Notes under the pieces: model-generated
Told to the model about the DNA's origin: nothing
The model's database searches: none
What the model saw: only the letters and a program-made list of their open reading frames with translations
Shown here: in pieces, positions 7,050-15,002 of the stretch
Numbering within the stretch: the stretch's first letter is position 1
Layout of the letters: each line of letters starts with the position of its first letter
Translations under genes and position numbers: made by a program
Assembly (NCBI GenBank): GCA_046754105.1
Contig: JBHHVD010000069.1
Location: forward strand, 1-17,466
Origin: Candidatus Krumholzibacteriia bacterium
GTDB lineage: Bacteria; Krumholzibacteriota; Krumholzibacteriia; WVZY01
Direction of reading: 5' to 3'
DNA: 17,466 nucleotides

Positions 7050-7063
7050 TTGACAAGTATCAA
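7050..7063. promoter_or_regulatory. Fnr/Crp-family operator TTGAC-N4-ATCAA (9/10)
   Basis: TTGAC AAGT ATCAA, 1 nt upstream of the putative -35, centred about -42.5 from the inferred transcription start. Confidence 0.6.
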
Positions 7064-7094
7064 GTTTTCACTATGACGGGTACGTAACCGCCCC

Positions 7095-7126
7095 AAAGCA
7101 AAGCGCCCGGTGCTTGCACCGGGCGC
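7095..7126 (-). terminator. Rho-independent terminator
   Basis: GCGCCCGGTG-CAAG-CACCGGGCGC perfect stem followed by TTTGCTTT, about 40 nt after the stop at 7168. Confidence 0.85.
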
Positions 7127-7167
7127 GTCCCTGTCAGGTCCTGGACCAGCGACCGTTCTTGAATCGG

Positions 7168-7635
7168 CTATCCCTTTGCTGGCTTGAGCTTGGCCATTTC
7201 CTCTTTATTGCGCTTCACCCAGTTCTGCAGATCGACAACCAGCTCGGGGTTGTCCGAAGTGACGATCCATACGTCACCCGTCGATGTCTCCACGTATTCC
7301 TGCCTGGCTCCTTTCATCATGCACATGCCAAAGGCCATGCAGCTTCCACACATCTCCATCATCTCGCCCTTTGCGAGGCGCTGGGCGGTCTTGCTCATTT
7401 CGGCGTGCGCCGCACGGTACGACTCGAGGTATTTCGGGGACACCGTGGTTACGGCCAATATGCCGTTGGAGATATTGTGCTGCTCCCAGCTCAGGTTCTC
7501 CATGAGTTCCGCATTGCTGCCCAGGCTCTTACACATCCCGCAGTTCTCCATGTCGAACCAGGGCTTCTCACCCGCCATACCGACGCCGGCCACGAACAGC
7601 AAAACCAGCGATAGCGCGATCAGACGACGTAACAT
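7168..7635 (-). CDS. Exported hypothetical protein (155 aa) with two CxxC motifs, Met-rich
   Basis: AAGGAGG RBS before ATG 7635; signal peptide MLRRLIALSLVLLFVAGVGMA; CGMC and CGSC; flanked by its own promoter and terminator. Confidence 0.88.
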   Translation of the reverse strand: MLRRLIALSLVLLFVAGVGMAGEKPWFDMENCGMCKSLGSNAELMENLSWEQHNISNGILAVTTVSPKYLESYRAAHAEMSKTAQRLAKGEMMEMCGSCMAFGMCMMKGARQEYVETSTGDVWIVTSDNPELVVDLQNWVKRNKEEMAKLKPAKG

Positions 7636-7670
7636 GATTCCCTCCTTTTTTCCGTGGGTGTTTTGCACGA

Positions 7671-7699
7671 ATTCTAGCCACGAACCGCACCGTTGTCAA
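7671..7699 (-). promoter_or_regulatory. Near-consensus sigma70 promoter TTGACA-17-TAGAAT
   Basis: -35 at 7699..7694 (6/6), 17-nt spacer, -10 at 7676..7671 (5/6), 36 nt before the ATG. Confidence 0.8.
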
Positions 7700-7778
7700 G
7701 ATCGAGTAGGCGGCACTCCCGCCGCGCCCGGCTCCAGCGGGCATGGAACGCCCTTGGCTGCGCCACACTTAGGACACG

Positions 7779-8558
7779 TCAGCGCCTTTCGACCACGAAC
7801 AGGTAGTCGCGGTTCAGGTAGAAGTTACCGGGGTCGATGGACGATTCTTTGACGATGGCCAGATCGGCGCGCTCCGCGAGCGTGTTGACGATCTCCGGTG
7901 ATATGAAGTAGTGCCGGATGACACTGTAGGATTCCTGGTTCGAGAAGCTCTTCCATCCCCCCGGCGCACACAGGTTGCTGGTATGCAAAAACGCGCGCCC
8001 CCCCTTCCTAAGCACCCTCCCGATCTCACGGAAGTATTTCCACATCATGTGCAGATCGAAATGCACGAACACGTCGAAAGCGTACACAAAGTCGAACTTT
8101 GCCGTGCACTCGTCTGGAAACCGCGGCCGTTCCATCAGGATGAATCGTACGTTCGTATGCCCCGCCAGAGCGCCACGGGCCCTGTCCAGCATCTCCTTCG
8201 AGATATCGAAACACGACAGCTCTCCCGTGCGCGGGGCGACCCGGCTGGCGATCCTCGCACCGCCGACGCCGATTTCCGCCACGACGCTGTCCGTCGTTAT
8301 GTACGGGTAGATGTACTCTGAAACGATGGCCTCGACGTCGGTCGCCGTCCCCCACTCGTCCCCCAGACACGTAACATAGTCGTCGCGATTGCTCTCACCG
8401 ATATCCGGATTCTGGATAGGGATCTCGTCCCTGCTCCATGTTTGCGCGTACCGATTCCACAACGCCCGATTATGTTCGAAGTTCATGAAATCGGGTGGGA
8501 GCGGTCTTCGGAGCCTTTTGCGAAAATACGCCAGGGTTCGCTGCAGGATTCCGTTCAT
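7779..8558 (-). CDS. Class I SAM-dependent methyltransferase
   Basis: Motif I VAEIGVGGAR, acidic post-I CFDISKEML, FDFVYAFDVFVH, RVLRKGG; AAAGGTGA RBS. Confidence 0.9.
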   Translation of the reverse strand: MNGILQRTLAYFRKRLRRPLPPDFMNFEHNRALWNRYAQTWSRDEIPIQNPDIGESNRDDYVTCLGDEWGTATDVEAIVSEYIYPYITTDSVVAEIGVGGARIASRVAPRTGELSCFDISKEMLDRARGALAGHTNVRFILMERPRFPDECTAKFDFVYAFDVFVHFDLHMMWKYFREIGRVLRKGGRAFLHTSNLCAPGGWKSFSNQESYSVIRHYFISPEIVNTLAERADLAIVKESSIDPGNFYLNRDYLFVVERR

Positions 8559-8670
8559 GGGTCCGCGTCACCTTTCTCGGCTCCGGAGACCGCCGGGCCC
8601 ACACCGGTTTGCGGACCGGGAGGCGGGTGCCCTGACGTCTCCAACGGCTGCGAGCGGCGACTGAGCCGGA

Positions 8671-11600
8671 TCACGTCACCGCGTGCGGGCATATGTCTGA
8701 GTAGTCGCACGGGCCACAGACCTTGCCCGGCTTTGCGTGGTAAATCCCCGACCCGGTCGCCTCCACCAGCTCGACGGCCGCCCCGTCAATCGCGCCAAGA
8801 TCGTTTTCCATTAAGTCGACCGGCTCGAGCCGCACCGGTCTGTGCAGGTAGCAGACGGCGCTGGAGAGCGTCCCGTCGACGATCCCTTGCAGCGCCCACC
8901 CGTAGAACTGGAGTTGATAGTTGTATTCTTCCTTCGGTGCGCCGATCTTGTAATCGATGATCCGATACCCGTCTGCCGTGCGGTCCACCCGGTCGACCAC
9001 GCCCTGAAACACGATGTCGCCCACCCGCCGCCGCACCGGCCACTCGGCTTCGTGCAGCTCGCCCTCACGGAGCGTTTTCTCTTCGCCGTACGCCGTCGCA
9101 AGTTCCATAGCCATTGCGGCGATTTCCTTTCTCGCCTCGCCCCTGAGATCGAATTTGTCGGCGACGCGGGCGAGCACCTCTTCCACGCCTGCCGCGCCGG
9201 AACCACCACCGCCGATCCACTCGAAGAGGACGTCGTGTACGAAACGCCCAAAGTCCGCAGGGGTCGTGCCCCTGGGCAGGCGCCCATCCGGGGAGGCTTC
9301 AAAGGTCTCCTCCGGTTCAGCCGCGGATACGTGCGCGTCGCCGTTGAGCAGGTCTTCCCGTACCCCGGCCACGTACCGGTAGTAGTATTGCTGCGGGCAG
9401 GCGCCGAACGTGTGCAATCCTCGCCAGGTTACGAACTGCAGCCCCTGGGGCACGGGCTTGCTCACTACGCGGGCCTCCTCGAGACGTTCGCGGCCCTCCT
9501 GCCATTCCGCCAGCAAATCCGCCAGCCCCGCGACATCACCCGCCGGCCGGCCGGCGGGATCCTTGCGCACGAGCTTGACGCCCGCGGCTTGACGCAGTTC
9601 CTCGTATGCGACGCCGCTCTCGGGAAGCGCCCTCATAACCGACGCGAAGAGGTTTTGCGCCTCTCCCTTTTCATGACCATTCGGAAACGGCGAGCTCAGG
9701 TACAAGTGATCCTCCGCCCTGGTCATACCCACGTAGAGGAGACACCTCTCCTCCTGTTCCCGTTCTCCCTTCGCCCTGTCATTCGCTGTCGTGTCGGCCG
9801 GTCCGCGGCCCCAGTCCTTGACGTCCGCCCCGTAGAGTCCCTCGCCATCGACGAGGCAGAAATCATGTTTGCTCCCACCCTGTCCAAATAGCTTGATACC
9901 GGGCAGGGCCACGGCTTTGAACTGCAGTCCCTTGGCCTGGTGTATGGTCATGATGACGACACGCCCTTCGGGTGCGTACGGGGCGTCTTCCTCGCCGAAA
10001 TATTTCTTCTTGAGAAGCGTGTCTATCGCTTCCAGCAGGGCCGAGAGGTTCGCCTCGTTCTTTTGCAGCAGGTTCTCGACCATCTCAAACAGCCTCTTCG
10101 AGACGGACTCCACGATGCGCAGGTCGGCCCCCTGGTCGAATAGCTGGTAGAAAAACTGTGCCCGTTCCATCACGTGCACGACGAACGCCGATAGATCGAG
10201 TTGGCCCCGCAGCCCGCCGAGCTCCTCAAGGAGCTCCCTCAAAACGACGCAGCGCCTCGCGGTCTCGGTGTCGACGGCGGCAAGCGTCTTCTCATTCAGA
10301 AGATCGTCCACCGTGTGCTCCGATGCCGCCTGGAACATGTCTCGCAGCGCCTTGTCCGGCAGCTGGAACGGTCTTGCCTCCAGGACGACGAGCAGCGACT
10401 GCAGATCGGATCTTATGAGCAGCTGCAACAGGTTTCTGAACAACTCGAGAACCTGCTCCTCGAGCGCGCTGATCCCGCCCAGTACTGAAAAAGGGATGCC
10501 CAACTGGTTCAGTTCCTGCTCGAAGTACGGCAGTCCCGAACTGGCCTTGACTGACCGCATGAGGATGGCGACGTCGCCGAATCCAAGTTGCGGACAGCGC
10601 TCCCGATAACACGCGAAAGGTGACCCGGCGGGCGCGGTCACGCCGGTGAGGGCGGCCACCCAGGCGCCCAGCGCTTTGGCCTCATCCTCGAAGGACTTGC
10701 CGACCTCGTCCGGGGGATGAAAGACGCATATCGGTTCTCCGGCACCCGTGCGGTCGGCCTCGAGCCGGATCTTGTCGGCGTACTTCTTGAAATGCGTATC
10801 CTCGATAATAAACTCGTGCGAAAGATCGAGGATTCCCTGGAGCGAACGAAAGTTGGTCTGCAGGTATTCCGCCGGTGCGTCGAACTCACGAAGGTTCTCC
10901 ACGCGCGCGTCGCGCCAGCGGTAGATGGACTGCTTGTCGTCCCCAACCACCGTTACCCTGTCGAATCTGCCGCCGGAGAGAATCCTCACCAGCTCGTTCT
11001 GCGCCAGGCTCGTGTCCTGGAACTCGTCGACCAGAATATGCTCGAAGTGCGACGCATAGCGTTTCGCCAGTTGCTCGCGCCGCCCGAGCTCTTCGACGAC
11101 GATACGTATCAAGTCGTTGAAGTCGAGCAGCTTTCGTTTCTTTAGCTCCCGCGCGTACCCGTTCCACACCGCTGCCACCATTTCGACATACCGCCGGTAC
11201 TCGGGCAGGTCCGACTGGTTCACCCCCTCGACCAGTTTGCCGGGGGTCCACAGCATTCCCCGCCCCTCGTCGACGATGTCCATCGCGTGGTCGAAAAGGC
11301 GGCCCAGGTCCCTGGGTGACGGCATGTCGTCGGCGTAGTCCGCCGGCAGCCCCACCATCCTCCCGCTCTCGAACTCGCGCCGCTGAGCCAACCGGATGCG
11401 GGCGAGCTCTACTTCGGTCGCCACGCCGACTTCGGGCTCGATGCCGAAGGCCGCCGCGTTCTCCTTGATGATCCGGTGTGCGAACTGGTGAAAATTGATG
11501 ATCCACGCGCCGTAGAGCCCGCGCAGCACCTGCTCGTCCCGGGTGTGGAGCACTTCCCTGAAAATCCGCTCGTGCATTTCACCCGCCGCTTTCTTGGTGA

Positions 11601-11766
11601 AAGTGAGCGCGAGCAGTCGATCAGGCGGAATGCCGTCTTCGAACACGAATTTGAGGTAGCGAGCGACGAGAAGGCGGGTCTTGCCGGTCCCCGGGCCGGC
11701 GAGCACCTTGACCGTGCTGTCGATGGGCATTTCGATGACTTTCTTTTTTTCGGAATTCAGTTCCAC
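8671..11766 (-). CDS. ATP-dependent UvrD-type helicase + PD-(D/E)XK nuclease fusion (AdnB/AddA-like motor subunit)
   Basis: Start re-assigned to GTG 11766 (GGAG upstream, overlaps partner's stop). SF1A motifs intact: AGPGTGKT, TFTKKAA, LVDEFQD, VGDDKQSIYRWR, NFRS, TIHQAKGLQF, EERCLLYVGMTRA. Nuclease GVVDRV..IIDYK..QLQFY; Cys set CPQQY...CGPCDYSDIC. Confidence 0.93.
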   Translation of the reverse strand: MELNSEKKKVIEMPIDSTVKVLAGPGTGKTRLLVARYLKFVFEDGIPPDRLLALTFTKKAAGEMHERIFREVLHTRDEQVLRGLYGAWIINFHQFAHRIIKENAAAFGIEPEVGVATEVELARIRLAQRREFESGRMVGLPADYADDMPSPRDLGRLFDHAMDIVDEGRGMLWTPGKLVEGVNQSDLPEYRRYVEMVAAVWNGYARELKKRKLLDFNDLIRIVVEELGRREQLAKRYASHFEHILVDEFQDTSLAQNELVRILSGGRFDRVTVVGDDKQSIYRWRDARVENLREFDAPAEYLQTNFRSLQGILDLSHEFIIEDTHFKKYADKIRLEADRTGAGEPICVFHPPDEVGKSFEDEAKALGAWVAALTGVTAPAGSPFACYRERCPQLGFGDVAILMRSVKASSGLPYFEQELNQLGIPFSVLGGISALEEQVLELFRNLLQLLIRSDLQSLLVVLEARPFQLPDKALRDMFQAASEHTVDDLLNEKTLAAVDTETARRCVVLRELLEELGGLRGQLDLSAFVVHVMERAQFFYQLFDQGADLRIVESVSKRLFEMVENLLQKNEANLSALLEAIDTLLKKKYFGEEDAPYAPEGRVVIMTIHQAKGLQFKAVALPGIKLFGQGGSKHDFCLVDGEGLYGADVKDWGRGPADTTANDRAKGEREQEERCLLYVGMTRAEDHLYLSSPFPNGHEKGEAQNLFASVMRALPESGVAYEELRQAAGVKLVRKDPAGRPAGDVAGLADLLAEWQEGRERLEEARVVSKPVPQGLQFVTWRGLHTFGACPQQYYYRYVAGVREDLLNGDAHVSAAEPEETFEASPDGRLPRGTTPADFGRFVHDVLFEWIGGGGSGAAGVEEVLARVADKFDLRGEARKEIAAMAMELATAYGEEKTLREGELHEAEWPVRRRVGDIVFQGVVDRVDRTADGYRIIDYKIGAPKEEYNYQLQFYGWALQGIVDGTLSSAVCYLHRPVRLEPVDLMENDLGAIDGAAVELVEATGSGIYHAKPGKVCGPCDYSDICPHAVT

Positions 11767-14700
11767 GTATCGCTCCGGCCGCACACGCGTCTGAACGGGC
11801 AGTATCCGCACACGTTCTTGGCTACGTCGACCCGCTCGAACTCAGCGCGCTCCGAGAATATCTCCTCTGCGTGCGCCGCGGCTTGCCGGACGGCCGCCTC
11901 CACCTCGTCCTGCAGGAGGTAGTACGCCGGCTTGCGTTTCTTCCTGGCTTCGGGGGGCACGTCCTCTTCCCGCTCGCGGATGTACAACGTGACGGTGAAC
12001 GGATCCGCCGCGGGCGGAATCACAACGTGCTTGAAGGCCGCCGGCCATTCCTTGCTTTGCTGCCGGTAGCCCCAAACGTAGAACGGCACTTGCCAGTTGG
12101 CGTCCTCGGGGTTATCGGCGGCGGCGAGAACTTTTCCCCGCAGGTTGTCCGCCGTTTTGTTGAACTTGCCGGTCTTGTAGTCAATCAGCGTTACACCCTC
12201 GGCCACGGAGTGCTCCACCCGGTCCCGCCGCCCCCGGAATTCCCAACCATCACAGGTGAACTCGAAGTTTTCCTCGATGTCCCTGACCGTGTAATCATGC
12301 GACTCGCTGCGGTCCAGCCGGAGCGCGGTCTTCACGTACACGTACAAGTGAAAACGCAGCGCCCGCCCGATCAGCGAACTCGGCGGGACGGTGCCGTCCT
12401 CGTGGATTTCCTCGTCGATCATACCGTAGATGGCGTCGTCGCTGATACCGCCGTGAAGTTTCTCCTTCGTGGGGAACGCCCGGCCGATGTTTGCCATGAC
12501 ATTATGGAATATCCCTCCAAGCTTCGCCGGGATGCTGTCATCGTCGGGAAGGCGCAGCACCCGCTGGTAAAAGAAGCGGCGGCGGCACTTGAAAAAACTC
12601 CCGAACGACGACTGGCTGAGGGTGAAGCGTTTTACGGCGAAGGGCTCGGCCGGCGGCGGGGAGAGGTTCCACAGGGGACCCACTGCGTTAAGGGGGGCAA
12701 GCCGCTCCGCGAGCCCCGCCGGCGCGCCGGCACCGGTCCAGGCCCAGGCAAAACGGATCTGTGGCGGGGTCCTCTCGTTCGCCGGCGTATCGTGATACGC
12801 CTCCCTCGGCCAGGCGTTCGCGAGAACCGTTGCCGGAGCCGGTTTCGCCTGGCCGGCGAACATCTTTGGCGCCGACACGTAGAGCACCTCCCGGGCACGG
12901 GTTAACGCGAGATGCAGCAAGTGGTATTCCCCGCGAAGATGTGCGTCCGGCGGCCGCGCGCCGTATACCTCGACGGGCCGGTCTGGCAGCGCCTTCGCCA
13001 GGGCGCCGGCGAGCGCCGCGGTGGGCATCAGGCCGTCACGCATCATCACGGATGGAAACAACAGCTCTGAGCACCCGAGCAACACGACCGCGCGAAAGTA
13101 ACGGCCCTTCATTTCGCGGCACGAGTAGAAACCAACTTCCTCCGCGGACGGCATCGCGGTGTCCGATCTCGTCTCGAAGAGACGGCTGACCCTCATGAAC
13201 TCACCGAGGGTGGCGTTGCCACGTGTCGCCTCCAGCGCAGCGCAGTAGTTTTGCCACCGCTCTGCCAGGACCGAGAGAAAGGCGTACACCAATTCATCTC
13301 CCGTTTCATCGCCGTACGATTCACACGCCGGCAACAGCAGGCGATGCACGACGTACCGCATGCGCTCACCCGGTGGTATCGAGTCCAACTCGACAGCCAC
13401 CGATTGCAGGTACCGCCGCAAGGTGTCACGGTCGCCCTCCGGGCTTACACCTCGCCCGCTCGCCTTCAAGCACCGGTCCCGAAAATGCCGGTAAAAGGGA
13501 GACGTCGCAAACGCTTCCATGGCGGCCGGCTCGCGTGCCGCCTCGATGAGGAGAAAGAGCGATCGCACGAATCCACGAAATTCGCTTGCGGGCGGGCGGC
13601 CCGTGTCCAGCGGCACGCCGCGCTGCTCGAAAGCGGCCCGCAGCAGCGGTTCGTAGCGCCTCTTGTCGTTGGCAACGACGGCGATATCGCGGGGGCGGCA
13701 CCGCCCCCGCGCGATGAGGTCGCGCACGCGCTCCGCCGCGGTGTACACCTCGTCGACTTCGTCTTCGGCAACCTCCAACCGCACGTCCGCAGCGGTGCCG
13801 GCGGCGGACGCCTCCGGTGGCGGGTCGAACAGCGGTCCCAACGACTTCGCCCGCCCCGGTGACCGATCGACGGACGGGCCGCGCGCGGAAAGGGCCTGTA
13901 ACGGCAGGTATTCCTTTGCATCCGTTCCCAGCGTCTCGCGGGTGAGCGCCTCGACGGCTTGGCCAAGCGGACCGGCCGCCAGGCAAGCGCCTGCGAGCGC
14001 GATGGTCCGGGAGCGGTAACGTTCGGGGAACTCGCTCATGAGGTACCGTTCGTGCGTTCCCCGGAAGCCGAAGAACGGGCCCATCGGATCGCCGAATATG
14101 TTGAGTGCGGCGTCCCCGTTCGGTTCGACCAGCGCGTTGAGGAGGGCAAACTGACCGGCATCGATGTCCTGAAAGTCATCGACCAGCCACACCCGGGCGC
14201 GGCGAAACGGGTGGGCGCTAGGCAGCGCCGCACACGCTCCCGCGGCGACCCAGGACATGTCATAAAAGGTTACACATCCCGTCGCCGACAGCCCGGCCAG
14301 GTAGCGTTCGTAGAGTGCGAGCGCGTCCACGAGCCGTGCTCCCCGGGCCGAAGACTTGAGCGCCGCCAGCGCGTCCTCTTTGATACCGTTCTGCACGAGC
14401 AGATGAAACAGAGCGATGAGGTCACGCTGAAAGATTTCGGATTCGTTTATGGTCTTGTAGTCGCTCTTGAAGTCCGATGCGTAGCGGTCGAGGATCTGCC
14501 GGACCAGAAGCGCCTCCTCGATTCCCTCCACGATACGCGGGGCCTTCCATCCGGAGGCGGCCACTATCTCGCGGGCCAGTGTAAAGTGTGTCAGCACCGG
14601 CGAAATTCCGGCGTTCGACGTGCCGGTCGCGATGAGGTCGCGGGTGATCCGTTTGAGTTGTTCCCTGGAATAGGTGAGGATAAACGCTCCCGAGCCGGCA

Positions 14701-14828
14701 CGGGCGAGGGCCCGGTAGCGCTCGATCACGAGACGGGTCTTGCCGCTGCCCGGAGGGCCCAAGACCCGCAGGTGTCCGGCCGGATGATCTACGACCGTTC
14801 TGGCAACATCGTCGCGAGGAACATCCAT
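11757..14828 (-). CDS. Degenerate UvrD-type helicase + PD-(D/E)XK nuclease fusion (AdnA/AddB-like subunit)
   Basis: Walker A LGPPGSGKT kept, Walker B LVDDFQD, degenerate motifs III (GDPMGPFFGFRG) and V (SCREMKGRYF), motif VI LALTRARE. Nuclease GRRDRV..LIDYKTG..WQVPFY; Cys set KCRRRFF...CGYCPFRRVC. Confidence 0.9.
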   Translation of the reverse strand: MDVPRDDVARTVVDHPAGHLRVLGPPGSGKTRLVIERYRALARAGSGAFILTYSREQLKRITRDLIATGTSNAGISPVLTHFTLAREIVAASGWKAPRIVEGIEEALLVRQILDRYASDFKSDYKTINESEIFQRDLIALFHLLVQNGIKEDALAALKSSARGARLVDALALYERYLAGLSATGCVTFYDMSWVAAGACAALPSAHPFRRARVWLVDDFQDIDAGQFALLNALVEPNGDAALNIFGDPMGPFFGFRGTHERYLMSEFPERYRSRTIALAGACLAAGPLGQAVEALTRETLGTDAKEYLPLQALSARGPSVDRSPGRAKSLGPLFDPPPEASAAGTAADVRLEVAEDEVDEVYTAAERVRDLIARGRCRPRDIAVVANDKRRYEPLLRAAFEQRGVPLDTGRPPASEFRGFVRSLFLLIEAAREPAAMEAFATSPFYRHFRDRCLKASGRGVSPEGDRDTLRRYLQSVAVELDSIPPGERMRYVVHRLLLPACESYGDETGDELVYAFLSVLAERWQNYCAALEATRGNATLGEFMRVSRLFETRSDTAMPSAEEVGFYSCREMKGRYFRAVVLLGCSELLFPSVMMRDGLMPTAALAGALAKALPDRPVEVYGARPPDAHLRGEYHLLHLALTRAREVLYVSAPKMFAGQAKPAPATVLANAWPREAYHDTPANERTPPQIRFAWAWTGAGAPAGLAERLAPLNAVGPLWNLSPPPAEPFAVKRFTLSQSSFGSFFKCRRRFFYQRVLRLPDDDSIPAKLGGIFHNVMANIGRAFPTKEKLHGGISDDAIYGMIDEEIHEDGTVPPSSLIGRALRFHLYVYVKTALRLDRSESHDYTVRDIEENFEFTCDGWEFRGRRDRVEHSVAEGVTLIDYKTGKFNKTADNLRGKVLAAADNPEDANWQVPFYVWGYRQQSKEWPAAFKHVVIPPAADPFTVTLYIREREEDVPPEARKKRKPAYYLLQDEVEAAVRQAAAHAEEIFSERAEFERVDVAKNVCGYCPFRRVCGRSDTWN

Positions 14829-14942
14829 GTGTGGCCCCCGGCCTGGTTCACTACCCGTTACTCCACCGCGGCACCGGCTTGCCGGTCGATTCTCCCACGC
14901 GGCGCCTCGTGTTGCGTCGCCCCGGGCGGGGGCGCAGCAGTC

Positions 14943-14951
14943 ATTGTAACA
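14943..14951 (-). promoter_or_regulatory. Extended -10 element TGT-TACAAT upstream of the helicase-nuclease operon
   Basis: TGn + TACAAT (5/6) in the rarA-to-helicase intergenic region, about 115 nt before ATG 14828. Confidence 0.5.
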
Positions 14952-15002
14952 GACGATCCGGCGCTGCGAAATGATTCCCGTCGTCCACGGATCCCGGTCG
15001 GT

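Noticed and set aside
7168..7635. c-type cytochrome call for the CxxC protein
   Set aside because: The motifs are CGMCK and CGSCM; neither has the His of CxxCH.
8671..14828. Cas4-like or anti-phage interpretation of the 4-Cys nucleases
   Set aside because: They are fused to full SF1A helicase bodies in a tandem pair beside rarA and glpX. This fits housekeeping end resection; there is no defence-island or mobile context.
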